Shown: positions 12,939 to 27,671, counted from the first letter of the stretch. The stretch: DNA of 64,000 bases from Eledone cirrhosa (GCA_964016885.1 OZ024758.1:930001-994000); one strand, 5' to 3'. Notes: generated from the letters alone by a model not told the origin. Numbers and translations: made by a program.

Positions 12939-14073
12939 CATTTTTTTTAAATTTACAGGGAAAGTCTTATTTTCTGACACATTTACATGATTACGTATTA
13001 GAGATATATTTATACACGTTAGTGCAATATCAGTCACACACTGAATTAAGACAGATATCACTTTAATATATATTTATATATATATATATATATATAATAT
13101 TTGTAAATAGAACTTTAGCTACAGTACAGTAAGTACAATACTATTTGTTTTGATGTAATCACAAAGCACTCAATGGATCGAAAGTTAAGAAGAAATATTT
13201 AGTCCAGAGTTAAACACCGTAGTTATAAAATGTGACACCGAGATAACCGACTGAAGATACAAGCAATACTTACAACAAAATAACAATATATACACATATA
13301 TAAGTATTTAGTGCTCATTATTCTGAAAGACGTTGTACACCACACGTTGCACCCATTGGTAAGAAGTTTGTGCATGGTTACTACGTATAATCGGGCTGTG
13401 GGTTGCCTGCGTGGTTGTTAAGATGACAAGGTCTACCAACTTCCCAACTACATCCATATATATCTTAGTTCTTTTTTGTTTTTTTTTGTTTCTGTATTTG
13501 CAAGTTTTATTGCTGTTATTTCATATTGCTTATATGATTTTTTTCCTTGCTTTTCAGTTTTTGTGTTTCTATATTTAGCGCCCATAAAACAAAATTGAAT
13601 GGGAAATACATAAAAGAAGAAAAAAAGTATTTTGAAAGGGGTCCAATTGTATTCATAGCTAAATGTGTTCTGCATTTATTTCAGTTTTTGTTTTTGTTTT
13701 TTGTTTCTTTCTGTCTATCTTTTTTGTTCAAGTTCGTTTTCTTTTATTCTTTTCTCTCTGTGTCTTTAGGAGTAATAGTTAATAGTTTTAACTCATCAGC
13801 AATAAAGTGGGCGGAGAAATGGGGTGGAAATGTAGAAAAAACATGAATATATAACGTTTACAAACTATTGACGATGGCATTGTGTATTTGTCAGTGACTG
13901 ACTGAGAGGGAGACAACCGTTGGCTTTAAGTCAAAGACACCTACTGTCTTCCAACTGCGCCAGACTTCACCTTTTTTCCTCGACACCTTCCCACGCCTCT
14001 CTTTATTACACTCTCACTTTCTCTCTGTCTCTTTCTTTATCTTTGTCACTTTCTCTCTCCCCCTCTCTCTCTC

Positions 14074-14113
<40 letters not shown>

Positions 14114-14147
14114 ATGATAGCGAGAGAGAGTGATATATATACATGTC

Positions 14148-14255
<108 letters not shown>

Positions 14256-14539
14256 TCAATGTCCGTCTTTGTCTCCATCTCTTTAAATCTTGAATCATAA
14301 GACACCTACCTCTTCTCTTATTCTCTGCCTATATATGTTCCCCAACCCTCTGTGTTTTACTTCATCATTCTTTATTTACATCTATTCGGCCCCCACAAGC
14401 CTAAGGCCGCCTCCGACATTCAAAACTTTCGTGTAGTCATTGTTAGAGTTGGTGACTTCGGTAATTCACGTTGCCGTCTAAATATTCATCACATCCAGCG
14501 ACATCGCCATTAGTATCATCGTTACCATCAATATGTTGG

Positions 14540-14572
<33 letters not shown>

Positions 14573-15952
14573 GAAGCAGAAAAAACACTATTACCACCAA
14601 CACCACCACCACCACCACCACCGCTACCACCGCTACCACCAGCTCCACCTCCTTCACAACCACTATTATCATCACCAACACCACCATCATCTTCATCATC
14701 AGAAGCAGAAGAAGCACTATAACGATCAACACCAGCACCACCAGCTCCACGTCCATCACTATGACAATCACTGTCATATTCTGGCGACGTGTTGGATATA
14801 TTTGGCGTCGTAGCATTAAACTAACAACAACTACTTTAATATCAAACTTAAGATAAGACTTAAGATATAAAGTAAAACAACGACAGCAAACCAATAAAGA
14901 AAAGAAAGAAGCAGTAATTGCAACAGCAAGAAGAGCATAATATTAGCAGAACCAGAATAAAACAACATATATTGTGGAATATATAACAAACAACATTGAT
15001 GACAACTATTAAGGGTAGTAAAGATTAGAGTTGAAGGACAAGAACATAATAATAATGATGATGATGATGATGATGTTGATGATGATGATGGTGGTGATGA
15101 TGATGATGATGATGATGGTGGTGATGATGATGGTGGTGATGATGATGATGGTGGTGATGATGATGACGGTGATGATGACGGTGATGGTTGGGATGATGGT
15201 GATGATGATATGATATGATAAAAAAAAAATATAAAAAAACAACCAGAGCAGCAATAATAAACGTTAAGATATAATAAAATATTTAGAAAAAAGAGAATGT
15301 TGCCGTGCTGTAAAGATTGATCTGCCGGAGGCTAGCGATGAGAGCCGATCTTTAGCCCACTGCTGGCGAAGAAATTTCCTACGAAATTAAAAGAATCGCT
15401 TCCACTTTTATCTTCGGTATATGCCCCACCCTCATACCTTCCATACCTCCAACATTGCCAAACCTACTGCCACTTTTTTTTTCTTATCTTTCTTTCCTTC
15501 TCCCTTTTTTCAACCCTCTCCCTTAATTTCTATATGTTATTGCTCGCACCTGCTCCTTACTCACCTCGGAACACAGTCAGGCTTTCAACAATGAACAGGC
15601 CAGCTGATCGTGTTCATAAGGAAGAGTAATGTATTCGGTTGAAATTTTATTTATTTATCTATTCAGAGCTAAATACCACATTTCTGAGATGAAACATGAT
15701 TTAATTTGATGTTATATTATTTATTATTATTTTCGTATTGCCAAAATCAGTGGAGCACTGGATGAATTGCCTCCCGTTCATATTTAGTTATGGCTGTTTA
15801 AGAGTTCAAATCTCACGATATACCTCTTTGAATTTTATCTTTCTTGGTCGGTAAAAAATGTCCATTCAGGTATTGGAATTGATTAAATCATTACTAAATG
15901 ATAATAACATCGTAATTACCTTAATAAACATTATTATTATTAATTATATATA

Positions 15953-16175
15953 AGGTAGGCGGTTGGTAGTATCGGTAGTTCGTCGGTCCCCCCTGTTTCG
16001 TAGCATAGAGTTACTGTCCTTTGCGTCCTGTGTTCAAATCCCTCCAAGTTAGCTTTGCTTTTCTTTTTTACCCGGGCGATAAGTTAGAGTACTAGTAATG
16101 TAATGGGTCGATTTAATCGATTCCCCACCCCGAAAAAATCTTTTGTCTTGTTCCTAAATTAGAAACAATTATTAA
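15953..16175 (+). mobile_element. SINE family A-related, diverged
   Basis: ttggtagtatcggtag...gcatagagttac...gttcaaatcc...agaaacaatta. Confidence 0.75.
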
Positions 16176-17444
16176 TAAGGAAACAACTTTCTTCTTTTAT
16201 TATTCCATGGTTGATAGAATGAAGTCCCATCAAGTTCAATGGTTGATATAATCACCTATATTACCTGGGGTGGTAACTCTGTGCTGTTAACTGTGGCTTT
16301 GAGTTTTAACTTTCTAACAACCCGAAGCTGAATGTTAGAGTCGATGCAGTTTACTTCATTTCCCCTGTTAATGTCCCATATAAAACATAATTTATATTCA
16401 AATATTACCTTTACCGACATAAGCTTTACCATTTATCAGTTTGAGATCGATAAATAAAGTATCTATTTCGTGTGTTAGATGGGTAAAATCGTTAGAGTGC
16501 CCGATGGGATTCCTTGCAGTATAAAAGTGACATACTTTATATATTTTTTATTTTCTTTGTTTAAATGTCTTTAGAAAGTGTCAACAATATTCCTGAAATA
16601 GTAAAAATTACATAAAAATAACAAAAAATTTTATATTTTCTCAAACATTTTTCAATACCTTTGAGACGAAGCTGGAATCACCAAGTGGAAACAATTTGTA
16701 AGATCGAGAAAACCAAAAGAGTATCAAAGTTAAACTACAGATACCTAGTTATCTAACGACAGCAACAGTTGACTGATAAAATGACAAGTCAGTCTATCAT
16801 ATTGATGGCCTCCCCATAGACCCGGCGGACAGAATGGAGAAGGCGTTTCCCCGGAGGACGGCAAGGGAGACGCGCTGGAAAAGCCATTCCAACTCGCGAG
16901 GCCTATGGTGGTGAGTAGGGAGGTAGCCCTAGGGCCGAGGACACCACAAGTGGACCATTAATATACCTATCAATCGCCATGGAAGGGATGGAATACCAGT
17001 TGTACAATATAGACACAGAGTGAATCATGCAGAACATTAGAGTTATACGTTACACACCGCCTATTGAAAGCAGATGATACCTGATAATGATAAAAGAAAA
17101 TTAATTAAAGAAATTTAAAATCATCTTATGAATATTTAAGTATTTCATTGTAAACACATCAGGTGCCAGATGTCTGATACATGTCAATATTTTATGTTTA
17201 TAAAAGCTGCTGAGAAATCAATACTTTATTGATTAATTATTGTTCAAAGCTAAAATACAATGAAAAACTATAAAATTTGTGGCTACTTAGATAATATAAA
17301 ATACCTAATTATAACTTTTTATTTAAATATTTACCTTCTGTTACAAATGGTCTTTAAATTATGTTGAGTTTATTTTAATAAGTCTATTTAAGCCTTATTT
17401 CCCCTTCTCATTCTCTATATCTCTCTCTTCTCTCCCTCTCTCTC

Positions 17445-17513
<69 letters not shown>

Positions 17514-17567
17514 TTTTATTTCTCTCATTCTCTCTCTCTCTATCTATCTATCGATCTCTCTTTTCTT

Positions 17568-17598
<31 letters not shown>

Positions 17599-17791
17599 CT
17601 CTCTCTCTCTCTCTCTCGCTCTCGCTCTCGCTCTCTCTCTCTCTCTCTCCATACAGACACACATAGGCCTACACACACTGTTGTAAAATTACTCCTTTTC
17701 TCGTTCTTTCTCTCTTTTCCAGTCATTCTTTCTAATATGTTCACCAATACAATTTTAAGATAACAAGACGGCCGATGAATCCATTTATATA

Positions 17792-17863
<72 letters not shown>

Positions 17864-17866
<3 letters not shown>

Positions 17867-17988
17867 TTATCTTCCGGTCTTGGCGGGTTTACGTTCCTGG
17901 AGCACCTGCAAAGAGTGTAAAACCGTGGATATTGGAATATTGGACGTGATCCATAAATATGCCAATAAACGTCAAAATATAACGTAAA
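17864..17988 (+). mobile_element. Tigger/pogo-like DNA transposon left end
   Basis: TA|cagttatcttccggtcttggcgggtttacgttcctggagcacc...aaaaccgtggata resembles Tigger/MER2-type termini (recall). It follows (TA)n and is interrupted by the Helitron. Confidence 0.5.
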
Positions 17989-18918
17989 TCTATATATATA
18001 AAACTGTGGTTGTCTGTCTGTCTATCGATTTTTGGCACACATCTCCTCTTAGAATCTCTCACGGAATTGCACCGAAATTGCTATACTTGTACATTCAGCC
18101 CTAGCGAAGACATCGGAAAAAAAAATTTAAAATTGACCCACCCTATGTGACGAAATCGAATATAATGTATCGATTTTTGAGCGTAAGTTATCAGTTATGT
18201 CCCTTTGTTCTGTTTACATTGAGCGTCTTACGTAAAAAATTACGCTGGCTTTCTCAGCGTTTAAAATGACATTAACACAATACACGAACAGACAGTTGTC
18301 GAGCCAGCAAAATATTGACCTGCAAAATTCATCAGTTCGAACACTAAGCTTCCGTTTTGCTTCATTTCCATTTAAAAGCATTTTAAAACAATATTTTTAC
18401 TTTTAAACAAGTCTATTTAAAGACTACGTAAAACAAGCAAATATTTCGTCGTTAGGCGTGGAGACAGACAGTCGTGCAGACAGACAGTCGTGCAGACAGA
18501 CAGTCGTGCAGAGAGGTGATATAGGCGTGCAGACAGACAGTCGTGCAGAGAGGTGATATAGGCGTGCAGACAGACAGTCGTGCAGAGAGGTGATATAGGC
18601 GTGCAGACAGACATAACTGATAATTTGGTTACGCTAATGTTTTTCTCTGCGTTGCAGTGTTTACATTTTCGATCTTTGTTAATAAATAACCAGTGCAGTT
18701 TCTATCCCCAGCATCCTCTTTTTTTATAACATTCGGGTTATCGTTATGTTTTCTTAACTTCATAAGGCATATTGTTGGTTGAGGGAATATTAATCAAAAA
18801 CACCACATGCAAGTCTGCACAGTAGACACTACAGTTTTTAAGCCAAGAAAGAAACTTAACATTGTAACTTTAACACAGCTACTGAGCGACCCCGAGCAAC
18901 GCCGGGCTTTACTGCTAG
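17989..18918 (+). mobile_element. Non-autonomous Helitron (~930 bp)
   Basis: 5' end a|TCTATATATATAAAA, subterminal hairpin CCCGAGCAACGCCGGG (18891-18906), 3' end CTAG|t. The A|T target without a TSD is the canonical Helitron signature. Confidence 0.88.
18454..18612. repeat. 37-bp / 16-bp minisatellite inside the Helitron
   Basis: aggcgtgcagacagac recurs at 18523, 18560 and 18597 (37-bp period); the gcagacagacagtcgt subunit is repeated upstream. Confidence 0.9.
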
Positions 18919-18939
18919 TATATAATAAAAAAAAAAAGG

Positions 18940-18985
18940 ACCGTCTTATGCGAAGGGTCGTCCAATAGGCCGGCAAATACGGTAT
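18940..18985. mobile_element. Pogo-type MITE right end (fragment)
   Basis: cgtcttatgcgaagggtcgtccaataggccggcaaatacgg|ta resembles the ...tccggaaaatacgg|TA termini of pogo-like MITEs (recall). Confidence 0.45.
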
Positions 18986-19049
18986 ATTGTTATTAATAAT
19001 TTAGCGTTAAAAATATATACATTGCTACGAAAAAAACCATTAAAGCTGT

Positions 19050-19083
19050 CTTGATGAAGGGTAACGACCCAGAAACATGTTGA
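19050..19083 (+). ncRNA. Penelope-type hammerhead-like motif, decayed
   Basis: TTGATGA-A-GGGT-AACG-ACCC-A-GAAA-CATG-TT: perfect 4-bp helix II and palindromic AACATGTT. Confidence 0.45.
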
Positions 19084-19204
19084 TTGTATCTCAAAGCCAG
19101 TGTTGAACAAACAGGTGACGATTGGTCACCTATACAGCTTCAAACCGGACCGTTTGTTTACAAACGAATCGAACATTATTATTAATGTTCGATATAACCC
19201 ATAC

Positions 19205-19260
<56 letters not shown>

Positions 19261-19809
19261 GTGTGGGTGTATGTTTGTGTATGTGCGAGTGGGTCTCGCT
19301 GTGTTTGAGACAAATTAAAATATAATGACTATTTGTAATCGTTTTGGGATCATAGAATATGCGTATCACACAATCAGAAGGGAATATCTGATTGACTACC
19401 TTACACAGCCTTGTAAATATTGTACTAATCACGAAAGTAATGTACTAATTTGCATATTATTATACCTGCTTTATCAGCCGATTTTAATATATATTAAATT
19501 GTAGATTAAGCACGCGCCCGAAGTATATGAATTAATATATAGCGCCATCTGTTATCGATCTGTTCCCTTCTTTCTAAACAACCAATACACCAGACTGACA
19601 TGATCTAAAAAAAAAAATGTATTCAGTTATATTTCGGAGTTAGAATATTTAGTTTTAATTCTTGTTAGTTTTACTGTTGATGCTGATATTAATGTACAAC
19701 TCTGGTCAAGAATTTCGCTATTACAGATATATCATCGTTGCTTACATCGACGTATATCATCAGTATAAACTACATTTGTTGATCGCCCGGGTTGAAAGTG
19801 TCCAAGTGA

Positions 19810-20105
19810 CTAGCATTGACCTGAGGCGGAGGATAGCCCATATTTTGATCGCTCTGTCATGGGATAGCTCATATATTGATTGATCTGTCATTGATCAGAG
19901 GCGGGGAATATCCTACATGTAGGTCACTCTGTCATTGATAAGACGCGGGGGATATCTCAGGTTTCTGTCGCTCTGTCATTGATCTGACTCTGGTGATACC
20001 TCAGGTTTCTGTCTCTCTGTCTTTAGCCCATCTTTCGGTCTTTAGCCAATCCTATAGCCCATCATATGGCCCGTCCTTTATCCCACCCTTTAGCCCATCC
20101 TATGG
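19810..20105. repeat. Degenerate ~44-bp tandem repeat followed by a short tagccc-based repeat
   Basis: ctgtcattgat recurs at ~44-bp spacing; tagcc(c)a recurs between 20024 and 20100. Confidence 0.7.
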
Positions 20106-20497
20106 TCTTTCATCTATCAATCTTGGTTGGTAGCTGATTGCCTGTATTCAGCTCTGCAACTTAATCACATTCTTTTAACGAATTTCGAAAAAGGTTCAAA
20201 TCTTTCAATTTTCCTCTTTATCTTTTAACATATTGCAGAAAGTGCAACACCACCTTAATGCACGATATTGCTCCCCAGTAAAGTGGCCCACGAGGTACAA
20301 ATGCATCTGTCTGGTCATGTTAAGTAACTGTCTAAATTTCCTGCTCATATTTTATATATCTGTATTACGTTAACACGCACCGTTTTTTTGGTCCGCTGAT
20401 TCACGCGCACAGAGACGCCTCCACTTCATCATCACTATCATCTTCACCATCATCATCATCTTCATCATCATCATCAACATCGTTGTCGTCGTTGTCG

Positions 20498-20533
<36 letters not shown>

Positions 20534-22336
20534 CCATCACCACCTTGCACCCCTATCATATACTATCTTCATTATCTCACCCAAGTATATACCCGCCCCC
20601 CTCTACCTTCCCTCTATCATATTCTTTCTCCTCTCTCCTGTTTCTTGTTTTGTTCTTTATCCCCCACCACCTTCTATTGCCACCTGATACCAGTCAGTCC
20701 TATATTTCTATCCAAAAGTCTTTTATCCAAACTCACTCCTTCCTAATTCCATTCACAATCTCCGTCTCACTTCAACTGTTTTCAAGAGGATGTAGAAATA
20801 TATTATGGAAAAATATTAAAATAACAAAAACAAACAAAACAAAAAAAAAAATAATAATCTTGAAACGCAGGTGTAAGACAAATGGGATTCTGCAAAAGAC
20901 AGAATATTTTGTGTGTGTGTGTGTATATAATTGTGTATTTTATGCTACTTACATGTGTGTATTTATGTTTAGGAGTGACTTTCAAATCATATGTTTACAT
21001 AGAGTGTATGTCCGTGTTTGTGGGACATTTATACGTCACACATCAATTATGGTTGACAAGTAAATGTTGACAGCATCCATTTGATGTTGTTGACGAGATT
21101 CGGAAAATGTTATTGTGGTTGATGTGAGGTTCGCTGCAGAGATTATTTACTGATGCACTAAACTGATAGAGGAGTGGAAGAAGGCCTGGAAAACTTGATT
21201 TCTAGTAAATGGATAGAATATTAATTAAAGACCATGGTTGGATCATGGTGATGATAATGATTGTGGTGGAGTTGATTTGTGAAGGCGGTGGTGTAGTGTT
21301 AAGCGGTGTGTGACATACGTTGTGGGGAATATTTTCTTGTTTCTTGTGATATTGGATGATGCGCTTGTGATAATATAAGTAGTTAAAATGTTAGTATTTT
21401 AATAAATATATAGTGACAGTGAAAGTAGGGATAATAATGGCAAATAGGATGATGATGATGTCCAGGGGGAGAAGGAGGAGGAGGAGGAGGAAGAAGAAGA
21501 AGAAGAAGAAGAAGAAGAAGAAGAAGAAGAAGAAGAAGAAGAAGAAGAAGAAGAAGAAGAAGAAGAAGAAGAAGAAGAAGAAGAAGAAGAAGAAGGGGAA
21601 AAACGATGATGGTGGCCGTCGTGATGATGAGGATACCAAGGAAGAGAGAGATGCTGGTAGTGATGTGGACTCGAATGTCATCAACTACATGTGATCGGAA
21701 GGAACACTACTTTGTAGTAAATTTAAGTTCACGGTTTACAGTGGAAAGTCAGCTGCTTCCTTGTATCAGGTACTTGTCTCTGTTGACATTCCTATTGCTG
21801 AGATCAAATGACGTCTGTAATACAGACATCAACAAAAGACAGACACTACAACTACAAACACGACACCTATACACGCAACACCCGCATGACAGAATGTAAC
21901 GTTCCAATTTCAAGCATGTACATATAAGGAAAGGGTGTGAGGATGGGCGAATATGGAAGCATATATATGAAGTTTGTGTATAATAAACATACACAAGTCT
22001 CGCCATGGGTATTGGCCATGTCCCAGCTACATTAGTAAACTTGTTACAACTCTAAACACTAGTATTTTAGAATTATTGTCGTTTACTTACTCTAGTAGAG
22101 GAAATGATAGCTTTTATAAAAAACATACATTTTGGTTTGATGAGATAGTATTCATAAGAGTCGCAGTAACAAAGCGTAAGTCAGAACAGAGGTGTAAAGT
22201 GAAGTATATACAATATGTTTATGTTTAATAATCATACATATGACATGGTGTGACTATTTCTTGTAGCGATCATATTAAACCTAACCCAGTAACTGTATAT
22301 ATAAATATATAAGCAATCAACTTCTCTTCCTCATCA

Positions 22337-22399
<63 letters not shown>

Positions 22400-22533
22400 A
22401 TGTGGGTAGTATTAAATATTAACCAAGTATAAGTATGAGAATAGCTCAATGTAAAATAACAAGTATATTATAGAGCCGAAATACTTTATAAAGTATAAAT
22501 ATACATATAAACGCCAATATGAAACATATGAAA

Positions 22534-22787
22534 AATATCTTGCTCAATATCTTGTTCAATATCTGGCTCAATGTATGGCTCAATATCTTGCTCAATATCT
22601 GGCTCAATATCTGGCTCAATATCTAGCTCAATATCTAGCTCAATATCTTGCTCAATATCTTGCTCAATATCTTGCTCAATATCTTGCTCAATGTATGGCT
22701 CAATATCTTGCTCAATATCTGGCTCAATATCTTGGTCAATATCTGGCTCAATATCTTGCTCAATATCTTGCTCAATATCTTGTTCAA
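22534..22787. repeat. 12-bp minisatellite (aatatcttgctc and variants), about 21 units
   Basis: Directly visible; gives rise to the IEQD / AQYL repeat ORFs. Confidence 0.95.
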
Positions 22788-24514
22788 GCCTGCTATAATT
22801 ATTTGTATTTGATAAAATGTATATAAGTGTAGACGGTGACTGTATATATATATATGAGAGTATAGGTTCATGTGCATATATTTGCATATATCCGTAAATA
22901 TATGTGTATATACCTACCTGTGTTTAAGCGTGCGTATGTCTATCGTGTATATTTATACACTTTTGCCTGACCTATGTATGTATATTCGTATTTATACAAA
23001 AGTACGTTAAATATTTCGTTTGTGTTAAGATGTTGAATTATAGAAGAAGGTGTTTGATACAGTCTGGAAGAGATGATCAGAGGGGAAATATAGCAAAAGA
23101 AGGAAGAGACATGGTCACTAATAAGAGAACTAAGAAACACGAAGACTAGATGTAGTTAAGAGCAAGGAAACATAGTGAAGGGGTTGGGGCGCATGTTGTT
23201 GCTGGTGTTGGTAGTGAAGGTCATAGAGATGTTGATGGGGATAGTGTTATTAATGATGATGGTGATGATGATGATGGTGATGAGGATGATGGTAATGATG
23301 GCGATGATGATGATGATGATGATGACGATGGTGGTGATGATGGTGATGATGACGATGATGATGATGATGACGACGACGATGACGATGATGATGATGATGA
23401 GTGGGAGAAGGAAGTAGAGAATGACGATATGGATTGTGATGTGGATAATGTGGATGATGTGGATGATGATGATAATGCTGCTGGTGATAATGATGTTGTT
23501 TCTGAGTGTTGTTGATAAGTATAGATGTATTTAGACGTGTGAATTGTGCTGGTAGCCTGTACAGTGATGATGATGGGCCACACTGACGTTGTTGTGGCTC
23601 CGTAATTAGCAGCAAGCTTCAAACGTAAGTTATCAATGTCAGAATTTTGACAGCAATATTTTCTCTACCACCATCTCATTTCACTGTCGTCATCCCCTCT
23701 GTCACTTGCTCTCCCTTCCCTCCTAGCCTATAATCTACCCATCAACTATCTATCTACAACCCCCATGTTCTCACATTGCTCATCCACCAACAGCCATCTT
23801 CATATCTCCGTGTCCCTCCGCTCCATCTTACAACACCTCATCTTCTATCTCTGTCTTTACTGTTCACCATAACAGTTACCCTCCTAACTCCTCCCTCCCT
23901 CTTATTTTAACATACCCTCTTACCGCTGTTTCCTTGCTCTTAACTACTGCCTCACCCTCCCCTTCATCATCATCATCATCATAATCATCATCATCGTCAT
24001 CACCGTCATCAACGTCATCATCATCAACAGTATCCTCATCAACATATTTATTACCTTCGCCACCAACAGCACCAACAACAATAATAACGCCACCAATACC
24101 ACGTTCATAATCCCTATCATCATCCCCTCCCTGCCATCATCATCATCATCATTACAACCAGCTCACCCTAACAAATTTCTCTACAAGCAATTACAAGTAC
24201 TTATAATCTAGTCCAATACGTGACCCCACTACATGATCATCATACCTGCTAAAGATAGCAACAACCTCTTTAAATCAGACATTACTGACTTAAATGTAGA
24301 AAATACATCGTAAGAAATATATATTTGAAAACAAACGCCAGGATGATCACATTTGGAACGTCTTTAAACATATTCTGTTCCTTCAAGGTTTACCTGGGCC
24401 TGTGGTCAGAGACAATCGATCGACTTTCGTCAAATCGGACCGAGGAAACAATGTTTCCATTGATCTTTCCAATTGATAATACTATCTATCGATCGCAACT
24501 CCAGGTAGAAGGAG

Positions 24515-24625
24515 AAACGTGAAATAAAGTGTCTTGCTCAAGGACATAACACATCACTCGATCCGGGAATCGAATGCATAACCTCAGGATTGCGAATCCA
24601 ATTCTCTAACCACTCAGCTACACAT
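24515..24625 (-). mobile_element. SINE family B head
   Basis: aagtgtcttgctcaaggacataac...ccgggaatcgaa...ctaaccactcagcta. Confidence 0.85.
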
Positions 24626-25166
24626 GACTTCACACAACTGTGGTTAAACAAAAACAACTATATAACTATGTGCACAACCTCCACAATATAACCAGCGCGC
24701 GCCAACCCGTCTACTGACAATCCACTAACCTCATACCACAGCCCATCCCACTAAATAACCATAACCACCACCATATCATCACATCCACACCCACATACTC
24801 TACACGCCAAGGCCAACCCACCACCACCACACCACAGCCCACCTCATCCATCGACCGTCACCAACATCTCACCATCACACCCACCCCATATACACTACAG
24901 GCCAGTACATCGCCTTGATCCCTCCCACCAATCAAAACAACTCATTTTGTCAAACTCTTGAAACTCTGACTTTACCACATAGCATGTATTTCATTTTCTC
25001 ATAGCATTTTAAGAGGGTCCGTCGAGCTGCCGATTATTGAGTCGGGTAGGATCGATATAGATCGAACCTTGAGCTGATCAGCGGCGAAACGCGCGTCACC
25101 TATCAATAAATGCAATGAAGGAATAATCAATCGTCCTTTTTATCCTTTCTATATATATATATATAT

Positions 25167-25228
<62 letters not shown>

Positions 25229-25430
25229 ATATATATATATGTATGTGTGTGTGTTATTTTATTGGTAGCTTCAAATACGAGACGGTGTGTACAGATGGCA
25301 TGGTCTGATAAATAAATTTGAAAAAACCTATTATATCGTATATATTACTTTTTAGTGTTGTACTACGATAGAGAGATATATACCAACATTCAATGTCACA
25401 GTGAGTGGTGTGATGCTTGGATACGCACAG

Positions 25431-25620
25431 GGCGGTGTATTAGCAGTATCGGTAGAGGGTCGGATGCCATGTTTTGCAGCATAGAGTTACGGCCCTTTAT
25501 GATCTGAGTTGAAATCCCTCCGAGTTTAACTTTGCCTTTCACCCTTACGGAGTTGATAAAATAAAGTATCAGTAATGTACTGAGTAATTGCTGGCCTTGT
25601 GCCAAAAGTAGAAACAATTA
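25431..25620 (+). mobile_element. SINE family A, full length
   Basis: ggcggtgtattagcagtatcggtagagggtcgg...gagttgaaatcc...gccaaaagtagaaacaatta. Confidence 0.92.
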
Positions 25621-25771
25621 TATAAATCAAAATGTTTTCCCTTCGTATAACGGCAATATACATTTAACCCTGGGAAGGTCAGGTAATGTAACATGGTTAG
25701 CATGAACTCTTAACTCCTGAAGGATTCCTAATAGTTTTTATTGTATGTTTCATTGTTAACAACTTCAATAT

Positions 25772-26003
25772 GGCGGCGAATTGGCAGAGTTGTTGGATCG
25801 TCGGATATAGTGTTTGTGATATTGGTTCCAGTTCCCAGATTAAATCCTGATTAAACCCAGAGTAAATCCAGATTAAACCCAGATTAAACCCAGATTAAAT
25901 CTAGATTAAACCCAGATTAAATCCTGATTAAACCCAGATTAAATCTCGTCGGGGTCAACTTTTCCTTCATCATTTCGAGATCAATAAAAAGTATCAGTCA
26001 AGA
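25772..26003 (+). mobile_element. SINE family A-related copy with internal 11-bp tandem expansion
   Basis: Head ggcggcgaattggcagag, then ~10 units of aaacccagatt and variants (25834-25945) at the B-box position, then gtcaacttttccttcatc...aataaaaagtatcag. Confidence 0.75.
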
Positions 26004-26023
26004 TCTAAAGACAATTCATACGC

Positions 26024-26081
<58 letters not shown>

Positions 26082-27339
26082 CCTCAATCAGTTTTTCCAA
26101 ACCTCTTTCCCCCAGGAAGAAGTCGCGTCTGTTCAGATATATACAGGACTTAAATGCCAAATGGCACCCCTATGACTCTATCTGTTCAGGACCCAAGGAT
26201 AGATATATTGATGGATCATAGGAATGAAATCCAGCCAAGTTCTCTTTTATACGTACTTATCATTGCTACCACACCCCCATCATCATCATCATTACTCAGA
26301 CTGTTCAGCACACCTACACTAATCTGCTGAAGCTATTCTGAAACTCTACATAGAATATATTTCTTTTTTTACGTATTTTCTATTTTGTTATCGATTATAT
26401 TTTTCGTAGAATATGGACACTTCTTAAGAGACATATCTTTTGAAATTCCCATATAGAAGTTGTACATGTTAGTTCTCTCCTTCGATATTTTGCTTCACTG
26501 CTCACAGCTCTCCTATAATTATAGTGAGTATTTTTGTATCTATATTTCGCTTTTTGAATTTTCTATTTCTAGGCTTTTGTATTGAAGAGATTTAAGCTCC
26601 TACTGGAAACCTATTGTCAGTTGAGCAGGCTGCTTCCATAAGTTTTACAGGACCTTCTTATCTTTTCTTTTACATATCAGGTGAGTTTGTACATCTCTAT
26701 TTATATATATTTGCATATCCTAGAGAATCATATATTTTCTCGAAGCATCTTCGTATTTTGAAATATTTTGAAATTGATATAGATAGCAACCTTGTGATAT
26801 ATAATGATCGATCTTGGAGCGTCCAATTAGGTTTACCTAATCACTATGGGGCTGAGGTTCTCATCATATTCACCACGATTGAAACAATAAATGTTGATAT
26901 TTACCTTCAGTATATAATCTAAATTGAACTGATAATCAGGTGTTACTGGTCCCAAGGATTGGTTAGAGAGCCATCAGTTTCATTTAAAGTATATTTAACT
27001 CAGTTTAGATCGATATTGATCTAAAAATACTTCTTTAAATTTCTCTTGTCATACCTGGGAAAAAAGTGTTCACACCACTTATGAATTTAGTTTATGGAGG
27101 TGGTTTCTGTCTAATAATTTGTGCTTATTTTGTCGACTTCAGTCGCGAATGTCGTTGTTATTGTGTTCGTAAAACGATAATATAACCGTAGCTCATTCCT
27201 CATAGAAAGATGTTTATTAAATCAATATATTTGAATATCGCGGGTCCATTCATAGAGAAGGTCCAGGACTAGGTTTGTTAAGCGAGGATGAAGAGTGTCG
27301 TAACATTTCTAGCTTCCTCTATGACAGTAGACAAGACAA

Positions 27340-27497
27340 AGGCAACAACAACTACAATAGCAACAACAGTGACAACAGCAACAACAGTGACAACAGTGAC
27401 AACAGCAACAACAGTGACAATAGCAACAACAGTGATAATAGCAACAACAATGACAATAGCAACAACAGTGACAATAGCAACAACAGCGACAACAGTG
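27340..27497. repeat. Compound 9/18-bp repeat (aacagtgac / aatagcaac)
   Basis: Directly visible. Confidence 0.9.
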
Positions 27498-27532
27498 AGA
27501 AAAACACTACATAGTAGACCAAATATAAATAG

Positions 27533-27671
<139 letters not shown>

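Noticed and set aside
22486-22887. IEQD repeat ORF
   Set aside because: A 12-bp minisatellite that is open in several frames on both strands.
26350-27060. Possible Penelope RT remnant on the minus strand (NFYM-like patch)
   Set aside because: Motif-like patches are weak, interrupted and not in the expected order.
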